Source: an uncultured Gemmatimonadales bacterium
Lineage (GTDB): Bacteria; Gemmatimonadota; Gemmatimonadetes; Gemmatimonadales; GWC2-71-9
Length of the DNA stretch: 64,000 nucleotides
NCBI GenBank assembly: GCA_963730915.1
Contig: CAVSTR010000004.1
Coordinates: forward strand, 535,014-599,013
Direction of reading: 5' to 3'
The notes under the pieces are model-generated. The model was not told where the DNA came from and did not search any database. It worked only from the letters and a program-made list of their open reading frames with translations. A program made the translations under genes and the position numbers. The first letter of the stretch is position 1. Each line of letters opens with the position of its first letter. Positions 20,994 through 30,263 of the stretch are shown piece by piece.

Positions 20994-22346
20994 ATGTTCA
21001 TGAAACCTCAGCGCCTTCTGGTGATCCTGTGTGCTTCGGCTGCCCTGCCCGGCTGCGTCTCGCCTCCTTCCCAGACGCCCAGTTTGCCCGTAGGCCATCC
21101 TGCCGGCTCATCGTTCACCAAGCCGATCTCGTTCGCCATCCTGGAGGACTACGACAAGGGCGCGTCGCTCAGTGAGGTGGCAAAGGACTTCGCGCTGTTC
21201 AAGGAGCTGGGAGTGACGATGTGGCGCGGCAGCTTCGGGTGGGACGACTACGAGCCGGAGCCGGGCAATTTCGACTTTGAGTGGCTGAGACAATTTGCCG
21301 CGCTGGCTGACAGCAGCGGAGTCTCGCTCCGACCCTATCTCGGGTACACCCCGGCCTGGGCGGGAAAGCGGGGAAAGGACGACCAGGTGTGGAACGATCC
21401 GCCGGGAGACGTGACCCGCTGGAGCCGCTTCGTGCGGGCACTGGCGGGCGCGTTGGCTGCGTACCCCAGCATCAAGTCATACGAGATCTACAATGAGGAG
21501 AACGTGCCACTCTGGTGGGATGGTACCCGGGAGGACTACGCCGCGGTGCTCAGCGCGGGCGCCGAGGCGGTTCGGGCTGGAGATCCCGACGCCGAGGTGT
21601 TGCTGGGCGGCATGGTCTGGCCTGACCTCGACTGGCTGGAAGGAGCCTGTGAGAACGGCAGCGGACCATTCGATGTATTGCCGTTCCACGCCTATCCCGA
21701 AACATGGACTCCTGAATCGGTGACGGTGGAGACCTATCTCGGACCGGACTTCAAGCGGGAATTCCTCGACCCGGCGGACGAACAGTGTGGGCGAAAGCCG
21801 GTCTGGATCAATGAGACGGGGTTCGCGACGACTCCGGGAAAGACCGAACGGCAGCAAGCCGACTGGTGGGTGCGGGCGTTCGCCACCTTCCTCTCGGCGA
21901 GACGGGTTGAGCACATCGGCATCTACGAGATCAAGGATCAACGACAGGATACGCCGGTCATCGGTGATGCTCCCAACTACTACCTCGGACTGCTGCGGGT
22001 AGACCGAAGCCCGAAGCTCGCGTTCCACACCGTAAAGATGCTGGTTCGCCTGTTCGGTACGGATTCGATCACCGTGGCGGACGATGAGCTTGTGGTGCAG
22101 GCGCGGAAGGGTTCGAGGGGGAAGCTGTACCATCATCTCTTCATCCGGCCCGATGGCAGGCAGCTGATCTTTGCCTGGAGCCGAGGGTCCTCTCCTACAG
22201 TGGACCTTCGGCTCACTCGCTCAGGCCGCCGGGTGACCTCGTACAGCCTCGATGGCAGAGGCACTCAGTGGCGACAGTTCGATGGACGAGTGATCCGGCA
22301 GGTCGAGCTTACCCCCGGTGAAGCGAGGGTGTTCGAGGTTCACTAA
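20994..22346 (+). CDS. glycoside hydrolase lipoprotein (TIM-barrel clan GH-A, GH5/GH39-like)
   Basis: Lipobox ALPGC. Candidate catalytic Glu contexts YEIYNEEN and VWINETGF. Confidence 0.6.
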   Translation: MFMKPQRLLVILCASAALPGCVSPPSQTPSLPVGHPAGSSFTKPISFAILEDYDKGASLSEVAKDFALFKELGVTMWRGSFGWDDYEPEPGNFDFEWLRQFAALADSSGVSLRPYLGYTPAWAGKRGKDDQVWNDPPGDVTRWSRFVRALAGALAAYPSIKSYEIYNEENVPLWWDGTREDYAAVLSAGAEAVRAGDPDAEVLLGGMVWPDLDWLEGACENGSGPFDVLPFHAYPETWTPESVTVETYLGPDFKREFLDPADEQCGRKPVWINETGFATTPGKTERQQADWWVRAFATFLSARRVEHIGIYEIKDQRQDTPVIGDAPNYYLGLLRVDRSPKLAFHTVKMLVRLFGTDSITVADDELVVQARKGSRGKLYHHLFIRPDGRQLIFAWSRGSSPTVDLRLTRSGRRVTSYSLDGRGTQWRQFDGRVIRQVELTPGEARVFEVH

Positions 22347-23855
22347 ATGCTCGCTCCCGATCGCTGCCACGTCCCCGATCACCGTGACCACCGGCGAGAC
22401 GAGGCCGTCCCGCTCGGCCGCCTCGGCGATCGTTGCCAGAGTTGCTCTGGTGACCCGTTGATCCGATGTGGTAGCCGACTGAATGCATGCTGCCGGTGTC
22501 GAGGGGTTGCGCCCCCGCGCGATGAGCTCGGCCGCGATCGGGCCGAGATTCGAGCGACCCATCAGGATGACGAGGGTGTGTTCGGGAAGGTTGGGAAGGT
22601 CGGGAAGGCTGCTGCCATCCGCCGTCTGCCCCGTAATCACCGAGAACGAGCGCGCTATCCCGCGCGCCGTCAGGGGAATGCTGGCTGCCGCAGGAGCTGC
22701 AATCGCACTCGTGACGCCGGGGACGACGCAAACGCGCACCCCCGCCCGGCGGCAGGCTTCCATCTCCTCGCTGCCGCGGCCGAAGACGAACGGATCGCCG
22801 CCCTTGAGACGGACCACCGACTTGCCCTGCCGAGCGTGCTCCACCAGCAGATCATTGATCTCGGCTTGCGAGTACGCCGCGTGCCCCGGTGCTTTCCCCA
22901 CGTCGATCAACAACGCGGCCCGTCCGACCTCCCCCAACAGGTCGCTGCCTATCAACCGGTCGTGGATCACCACGTCGGCGCGGCGAAGCAGCTGCAGCCC
23001 GCGCACGGTGATCAGGCCGGGATCGCCGGGACCACCGCCGACCAGGTGCACGATTCCCGCCGGCGCGGAGGGTCTGGTTGAGCGCGAGACGCGGGAAGCT
23101 TTCCTACCGGACCGCCGAGCAGATGGCGCGTTCCGCCGGGCCAGGTCAACGATGATGTCCACAAGCCCGGGATAGCTTCCGATGGCCTGATCCACGAGCA
23201 CCGTGCGTCGCCGGTTGCCCTCCGCCAGCCTTCGCGGGATGTCGTCCAAGACGTGACTGCCTCCACCGATCAGAAATGGGACCAGGATTAGGTGCTGGGA
23301 TGCCGCCGTATGGATCAGCGTCTCGACCGGTGGGTCGTCATCGAGGAAGGCGGTGAGGATCTCTGCTGCAACTCGGCGGCGCCGCAACAAGTCCGCCAGA
23401 CGGAGTGTAGTAGTCCGGCTCTCCCGGTGCCGCTTCGTCCCATGTCCCACCAGTGCCAGCGACACCGAGCCACGATCCAGGCGGTGCTCGTGCATCAGCT
23501 CGGCTACTCGCCGTGCTACGAGTGCTCCGATCGCGGGATGGGCGCCGATCGGCAGGGTCTGCCGCAGCCGGATCTCGGAGTACCGCGCGTTCCGCGCCAG
23601 GGCTCGGGGCAGCACGACATCGCTATAGTGTCCCGAGCTGGTCATGAACGGCACTACCGTGACCTGGTCTGAAGTGATCTCATCCAGAACGGTGTGGAAG
23701 CCGGGCTCACCCTGGTGAAATGTCACGGCCACCTCCTCGAAGAGCTTGCGGCCTCGCAAATTTTCCGCAACTCGTCGGACCAGCGCGTTGACAGCCGGCT
23801 CTTGTCGCGAGCCATGGGCCGCGAGAAGCAGTGCCCTTCGGCCGGGGGTAGTCAC
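22221..23855 (-). CDS. cobA: fusion of two CbiX-type sirohydrochlorin chelatase modules with uroporphyrinogen-III C-methyltransferase
   Basis: LLLAAHGSRQEP and LALVGHGTKRH are CbiX modules. VHLVGGGPGDPGLITVRGLQLLRRADVVIHDRL is the SUMT motif. The 3' end overlaps the convergent GH gene by 126 bp, so the C-terminal tail is suspect. Confidence 0.75.
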   Translation of the reverse strand: MTTPGRRALLLAAHGSRQEPAVNALVRRVAENLRGRKLFEEVAVTFHQGEPGFHTVLDEITSDQVTVVPFMTSSGHYSDVVLPRALARNARYSEIRLRQTLPIGAHPAIGALVARRVAELMHEHRLDRGSVSLALVGHGTKRHRESRTTTLRLADLLRRRRVAAEILTAFLDDDPPVETLIHTAASQHLILVPFLIGGGSHVLDDIPRRLAEGNRRRTVLVDQAIGSYPGLVDIIVDLARRNAPSARRSGRKASRVSRSTRPSAPAGIVHLVGGGPGDPGLITVRGLQLLRRADVVIHDRLIGSDLLGEVGRAALLIDVGKAPGHAAYSQAEINDLLVEHARQGKSVVRLKGGDPFVFGRGSEEMEACRRAGVRVCVVPGVTSAIAAPAAASIPLTARGIARSFSVITGQTADGSSLPDLPNLPEHTLVILMGRSNLGPIAAELIARGRNPSTPAACIQSATTSDQRVTRATLATIAEAAERDGLVSPVVTVIGDVAAIGSEHLVNLEHPRFTGGKLDLPDHSSIELSPLSASAIEAVRGHPAA

Positions 23856-25564
23856 CCCGCTACCTGCAGCTGTACCAGGTCGAAGGTTGGGGACTCCCGG
23901 CCGGTCACCGCCGTTCTCGCGACTGGCCGAGCGAGAATTCTCTGGTAAAAATCGCCGAGCCCTTCATCCGCCCCGCGCTCAGTGGCCCAGCGTGCCAGCA
24001 GAGGCTTGAGTGTGGAGAGCAGCTCACTCGTAGGAACATCGGCGCGGTAGAGATCCACGAGCCGGTCGCCGGCCAGGCTGCCACCCACGTAGACGTGGTA
24101 CAGGTCCAGCGAGCGCCCCACGAACGCGATGTCCGCCGTATACGGGCGTGCGCAGCCGTTCGGGCAACCGGTCATCCTGATGGTGAGTGGCACGTCGCGA
24201 AGTCCGAGGTCGCTGAGCTCTGCCTCGAATTGATCCAAGAGATCGGGTAGGGCTCGCTCGGACTCTGCGACCGCCAACCCACAGGTCGGAAGGGCAGGGC
24301 ATGCCATCGAAAAGCGGCGCGCCGCGGAGAGCTCCAGCGGAGGAATCACGCGATGCTCCCGGAGAATCCGTTCGACCGCCGCCGCACCATCGGCATCCAG
24401 GTCTGTGAGCAGGAGATTCTGCTGACCCGTGAGGCGAATCCCCGGATGGTATCGAGTGATGATATGGTGCAGCGCTGTCTTGACGTTCCCCACGATCCGG
24501 CCGCTCTGGATGAACACGCCATAGAAGAACCGACCATCGGGTTGGCGGTGGCGCCCGAGATGGTCGTGGAATGGCAGCGGCGGAAGGATCACCGCAGGCT
24601 CGAGCTCAAAGGCAGCGCGCTGCCGGAACTCGTCCCGGAATCGATCCATGCCCCACTCCGCTAGCAGGTACTTGAGGCGGGCATGGCGACGATCGCTGCG
24701 GTTTCCATGATCGCGGAAGATCGCGGCCACGATGCGCACGGCTTCCACGCCATGCTCCGTCGCTATGAAGCCGAGAGGTTGGGCCAGCCGCGCCGTGGTG
24801 TCGGCCTTGTTGTGGGTCATGCCGAGCCCACCGCCGACCAGCAGATTGAAACCTCGAATGCGGCCTTCACTCACCACCGCCAGTAAGCCTACGTCCTGCG
24901 AGTAGATGTCGACGCAGTTGTCGACCGAGAGTCCCACCGCGGTCTTGAACTTTCGAGGCAGGTAGTGGTCGCCGTAGAATGGCTCCTCCTCAGCCGAAGA
25001 GACCTGTTTTTCTCCGTCGAGCCAAATTTCGTGGTATGCGCGTGACGATGGGCGCAGCTCCTTCCCGAGCGATTCGGCGACATGTTTCACTACGGCGTGG
25101 TCGGTATCGGCCAGTGGTGCGGAGCAGCCCATGACATTTCGCTGCACATCACCGCAGGCAGAAATGGTGGTGAGCAACTCCTCGTTGATGCCGGCGATGG
25201 TGGCCTTGAGTTTTCCTTTCAGCACACCGTGGAACTGGAAGCCCTGCCGAGTGGTGACGCGCAGGGTGCCATTCGCATGCTCGTCGGCAATTCTTTCCAG
25301 TCTCAGGTACTGATCCGCGGTTACGGCGCCGGCCGGAATGGCCACGCGGACCATGAAGGAGTACGCCTTCTCCTCGCCGGCAGCTTCTCGCTGCCGGCGC
25401 TCGTCGCGGGAATCCTGCTGGTAGGTGCCGTGGAACTTGAGCAGGTGGATGTCGTCCGCCCCAAAATGCGTCGCGTCGGATGCGAGTGTCTCGGCGATGC
25501 TGCCGCGCAGGTGCCGGCCGTGCCGCTTGGCGACTTCCACTTTTGATTCGGGTTTCAGTGCCAT
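23852..25564 (-). CDS. cysI: assimilatory sulfite reductase hemoprotein (siroheme/4Fe-4S)
   Basis: KFHGTYQQDSRDERR, MACPALPTCGLA and TGCPNGCARP Cys cluster. Confidence 0.9.
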   Translation of the reverse strand: MALKPESKVEVAKRHGRHLRGSIAETLASDATHFGADDIHLLKFHGTYQQDSRDERRQREAAGEEKAYSFMVRVAIPAGAVTADQYLRLERIADEHANGTLRVTTRQGFQFHGVLKGKLKATIAGINEELLTTISACGDVQRNVMGCSAPLADTDHAVVKHVAESLGKELRPSSRAYHEIWLDGEKQVSSAEEEPFYGDHYLPRKFKTAVGLSVDNCVDIYSQDVGLLAVVSEGRIRGFNLLVGGGLGMTHNKADTTARLAQPLGFIATEHGVEAVRIVAAIFRDHGNRSDRRHARLKYLLAEWGMDRFRDEFRQRAAFELEPAVILPPLPFHDHLGRHRQPDGRFFYGVFIQSGRIVGNVKTALHHIITRYHPGIRLTGQQNLLLTDLDADGAAAVERILREHRVIPPLELSAARRFSMACPALPTCGLAVAESERALPDLLDQFEAELSDLGLRDVPLTIRMTGCPNGCARPYTADIAFVGRSLDLYHVYVGGSLAGDRLVDLYRADVPTSELLSTLKPLLARWATERGADEGLGDFYQRILARPVARTAVTGRESPTFDLVQLQVAG

Positions 25565-25582
25565 CGTTCGGTGCCTGTGTTC

Positions 25583-25640
25583 GGGTCTAGGGTCTAGGGT
25601 CTAGGGTCTAGGGTCTGACGTCTAGGCGTCTAGCGTCTAG
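25583..25640. repeat. heptanucleotide tandem repeat (GGGTCTA x4 perfect, then 4 degenerate units)
   Basis: Read directly: gggtcta gggtcta gggtcta gggtcta gggtctg acgtcta ggcgtcta gcgtcta. It spans the cysH stop and the cysH-cysI spacer. Confidence 0.85.
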
Positions 25641-26331
25641 CCTCATGCAGCCCACACTCCGTCTTGTCCCACTGCTTCCACCGTCCTGCACGCGAGTAGT
25701 GCGCCGGCGACGCGCCCTCGACCGCTGAGGTGCAGTGGGTGCATCCGATGCTCGGGTAACCGCGCTCATGCAGGGGGTTGTAGGGTACGTCGTGCTCGCG
25801 TACGTAATCCCAGACCATCGACCGATCCCAGCCGGCCAAGGGGCAGACCTTCAGGATCTGGTACTGCCAATCCCATCCCACCAGCTGCGCGTTGCTGCGT
25901 ACGTTGCCCTGACTTCGGGTAATGGCCGTGACCCAGATGTCGGCTCCGGCCAACGCCCCGTGCATGGGCTCCACCTTCCGGATACGGCAGCACCGGTCGG
26001 GATTCCGATGCCAGAGCTCGGGGCCGTGGATGGCTTCCTGTTCGTCGGGAGTAAGCGAGGTGCCACGATTGACGAACGTGATAAGCGGATACCTGCGCAC
26101 CATCCTGTCCCGCAGGGCATACGTCTCGGGAAAGAGAAACATGGTGTCGAGATAGACCACCGTGGGCGCTGCGCCCTGCGCCGCGTACATGTCGATCAGC
26201 GCGCAGCCTTCCATTCCGAACGAGGTCGTGATCACGATTCGTCGATTCCGGAAACGCTCTATCGTCCAACCGATGAACTGGTCGGTCGGTGTGGTCTCGT
26301 CGATCCGCTCCAGGGCTGAGCCGATGGTCAC
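25630..26331 (-). CDS. cysH: APS/PAPS reductase (Fe-S type)
   Basis: ITTSFGMEGCALIDM, CCRIRKVEP, GCTHCTS and C-terminal ECGLH. The ORF-track TTG start (26355) sits inside the terminator U-tract. GTG 26331 is preceded by GGAGAA at 7 nt and is preferred. Confidence 0.85.
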   Translation of the reverse strand: MTIGSALERIDETTPTDQFIGWTIERFRNRRIVITTSFGMEGCALIDMYAAQGAAPTVVYLDTMFLFPETYALRDRMVRRYPLITFVNRGTSLTPDEQEAIHGPELWHRNPDRCCRIRKVEPMHGALAGADIWVTAITRSQGNVRSNAQLVGWDWQYQILKVCPLAGWDRSMVWDYVREHDVPYNPLHERGYPSIGCTHCTSAVEGASPAHYSRAGRWKQWDKTECGLHEARR

Positions 26332-26353
26332 AATCTGCTTCTCCGTAGACAGC

Positions 26354-26387
26354 AAAAGAAAAGGCCCGCGGAATCCTTCCGCGGGCC
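26354..26387 (-). terminator. intrinsic terminator / attenuator upstream of cysH
   Basis: Minus strand reads GGCCCGCGGA-AGGAT-TCCGCGGGCC: a 10-bp GC stem and 5-nt loop, followed by TTTTCTTTT. Confidence 0.6.
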
Positions 26388-26418
26388 GGGCAACACTGAA
26401 ACGCTCGATGCGTCGCCG

Positions 26419-26550
26419 CTAGAAGGTCTCTTCCGGGTGAAGGTTCGCCATACAGGGGCACATACACATGCAGGTGCAGCCGGCACCGGCAGCAGCCGGG
26501 CAGGTAATGGCGGAGGAGAGAGCGATCGCGTGTGCGGCAGTCATATGCAT
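26419..26550 (-). CDS. 43-aa Cys/Met-rich mini-ORF (candidate leader peptide of the sulfate-assimilation operon)
   Basis: My own translation of the minus strand: MHMTAAHAIALSSAITCPAAAGAGCTCMCMCPCMANLHPEETF-TAG. It is not in the ORF track (under 60 aa) and lies 31 nt upstream of the terminator. Confidence 0.4.
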   Translation of the reverse strand: MHMTAAHAIALSSAITCPAAAGAGCTCMCMCPCMANLHPEETF

Positions 26551-26639
26551 ATTTATGCCTGGTGATGTGTGATTTGTCAAGAAGAGCACCTTGGGATGAG
26601 GTGTTGCGTTCGGAATGAGGTGCTGCGCTATGTTACTTC

Positions 26640-28100
26640 ATGCCTCTGTCGCGATTCCATGTGTTGTTCGCCCTGCTTCTTCCGGCCGCCGTGGCGGCCC
26701 AGGACATCCCCCGGACGGAGTACGCGGCCCGCCGCGATTCGCTGCTCGCCCGAATCGACAGCGGAGTCGTCATCGCATTCGGGGCTCCGGACGCCGTGGG
26801 CATCCGGCGGTGGGTCCAGCATCCCGCGTTCCGTTATCTGACGGGATTTCTGGAGCCCAATGCGGTCCTGGTGCTGGTGAAACGAGGCGGGTCGAACAGC
26901 GGCACCCTTTTCACGGCTTCGCGTGATCCGCGTCGTGCCCTCTACGATGGCTTTCCCCCCGACTCGACCACGGTCGCCCGGCAGACTGGCCTGGTAGTGC
27001 GCTCCCTCCCCGCGCTGCGTCCCACCGTGGATTCACTGGTGGCGTCGGGGCTGCCGGTTCACGAGCTGCGTGACTTTGCTACCGCGGACGCGGCTACGCA
27101 GGACACGCTGACGCGTGGCGGCCGCTTCATCGCTGACCTCACGACGCGGACGCAGGGACTAACTGTTCGGAGCCTGCATCCGGCATTGGACAGTCTTCGG
27201 CAGAGAAAGAGCCCTGCCGAGCTGAAGCTTTTGCGTCAGGCGATCACGGTCACGGTCGAGGCGCACAAGGATGCGCTCCGCACGACCAGGCCGGGCATGT
27301 GGGAGTACCAGGTGGAGGCCCTCGTGGAGAGCGTCTTCCGCCGCTCCGGCTGCGATGGACCATCCTTCACGTCGATCATCGGATCGGGTCCCAACTCGAC
27401 CCAGTATCACTACATGACCAACAACCGTCGGATGCAGGCGGGTGAAGTCGTCGTCATGGATATCGGTGCGGCCTGCGGTGGCTATGCGGCGGATGTCACC
27501 CGAACCATTCCGGTCAGTGGCCGGTTCACGCGCGAGCAACGCGCCATCTACCAGCTGGTGCGCGATGCTCAGGCCGCGTCCGAGCGAGTCGCCAAACCCG
27601 GCGCGCCCTGGCAGGCCTGGCGGGATTCAACTCGCGCAGTAGAGGCTCGAGGCCTGGCTCGGCTGGGGCTCACCGAGTCGGTGGACGCCACTTTCGATCC
27701 GCCGTGGGCCGAACGCTGCAAGACCGACCCGGTGTACTGCACCCAGGCATTTCTGTATATGGCACACGGTCTGGGTCATGGCATTGGCCTGGAAGTGCAC
27801 GATCCACCTCATCCCTGGTTTGGCACCGGCACGTTTCAGGTGGGCGACGTGTTCACCATCGAGCCCGGCATCTACATCAGCACTCGGCTGCTCGATATGC
27901 TCGCCGACACGCCCAAAAACCGGTCGATGATCGCCAAGGTGCGTCCGGTGGTCGAGCGGTACCAGAACATCGGGATTCGAATCGAGGACGACTACCTCAT
28001 CACACGTGACGGGGTGGAATGGCTGTCGCGGGCGCCACGGGAGATTGCCGAGATAGAGCGGTTGAGGGCGACCACCTCCACCTCATCCCGAACCCAGTGA
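26640..28100 (+). CDS. pepP: Xaa-Pro aminopeptidase (M24B), secreted
   Basis: Signal peptide MPLSRFHVLFALLLPAAVAAQ. Metal-ligand contexts DIGAACGGYAADVTRT, HGLGHGIGLEVHD, IEPGIY and IRIEDD. Confidence 0.8.
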   Translation: MPLSRFHVLFALLLPAAVAAQDIPRTEYAARRDSLLARIDSGVVIAFGAPDAVGIRRWVQHPAFRYLTGFLEPNAVLVLVKRGGSNSGTLFTASRDPRRALYDGFPPDSTTVARQTGLVVRSLPALRPTVDSLVASGLPVHELRDFATADAATQDTLTRGGRFIADLTTRTQGLTVRSLHPALDSLRQRKSPAELKLLRQAITVTVEAHKDALRTTRPGMWEYQVEALVESVFRRSGCDGPSFTSIIGSGPNSTQYHYMTNNRRMQAGEVVVMDIGAACGGYAADVTRTIPVSGRFTREQRAIYQLVRDAQAASERVAKPGAPWQAWRDSTRAVEARGLARLGLTESVDATFDPPWAERCKTDPVYCTQAFLYMAHGLGHGIGLEVHDPPHPWFGTGTFQVGDVFTIEPGIYISTRLLDMLADTPKNRSMIAKVRPVVERYQNIGIRIEDDYLITRDGVEWLSRAPREIAEIERLRATTSTSSRTQ

Positions 28101-28145
28101 GGGATCTACTCAAGGGGTTCGCAGTCCGTTAACGTTCATCTGCCG

Positions 28146-28326
28146 CCAGGGGCATCGGGCTGCTCTATTGAGAGATCCCTCGCTACGCTCGGGATGACAT
28201 CTCAATCGAGCAAACTCGATTGAGATGTCACCCTTGGAACCTGATCCGGCTGATACCGGCGAAGGGAGCGCGGCGCCACGCGAACTCTTCGCGTCAACGC
28301 TCCCTTTCTAGATGGGGAGCATTTTT
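28146..28326 (+). promoter_or_regulatory. TPP (THI-box) riboswitch with expression platform
   Basis: GGGGCA...TTGAGATGTCACCCTTGGAACCTGATCCGGCTGATACCGGCGAAGGGAG matches the THI-box core. Downstream, CGCTCCC is an anti-SD element and GGGGAG is an SD 7 nt before ATG 28327. Confidence 0.8.
28174..28198 (+). repeat. REP-like unit (GATCCCTCGCTACGCTCGGGATGAC) inside the riboswitch
   Basis: 24/26 identical to the unit at 30148-30173. Confidence 0.7.
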
Positions 28327-30010
<1,684 letters not shown>

Positions 30011-30026
30011 GCGAACAGGTACAGCT

Positions 30027-30172
30027 GTCATCCCGAGCGGATGCGAGGGATCGTTTAACGAGACGTCCGTGTTGGGATCTCGTTATGGACGTCTCATCGA
30101 GCGATGCCTCGCCGCGCTCGGGATGACAGTCGAGAGCGCATGCTGGCGATCCCCCGCTGCGCTCGGGATGAC
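30027..30172. repeat. REP/MITE-like element: inverted pair GTCATCCCGAGCGG..GAGGGATCG / GCGATGCCTCGCCGCGCTCGGGATGAC plus a third direct unit
   Basis: Units at 30027-30052 (forward), 30101-30127 and 30146-30172 (reverse). The inner arms GAGACGTCC / GGACGTCTC are also complementary. Confidence 0.75.
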
Positions 30173-30263
30173 AGTCGTGTCCTCACCCTTGCCGACTCGC
30201 CTGCCGGACCGAATATTCTGCGGCTCCCGACCGCACCTCGCCCCCAACCTCCTGAGGTGAGCG

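Noticed and set aside
25583-25640. Telomere-like (TCTAGGG)n repeat suggesting a linear replicon end or eukaryotic contamination.
   Set aside because: Only ~8 units are present, embedded between two co-transcribed bacterial genes. The flanks are ordinary coding sequence.
26419-26550. The Cys-rich mini-ORF as a metallothionein or RiPP precursor.
   Set aside because: No maturation, transport or metal-handling genes are adjacent. Its position immediately upstream of a terminator and the cys operon fits a leader peptide better. This alternative is kept open in the finding.
26615-26926. ORF with a good GAGGTG-N7-ATG(26630) initiation context overlapping the pepP 5' end.
   Set aside because: The translation (..RRGGPGHPPDGVRGPPRFAARPNRQRSRHR..) is off-frame noise. 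The pepP frame gives a proper signal peptide and M24B motifs from ATG 26640.
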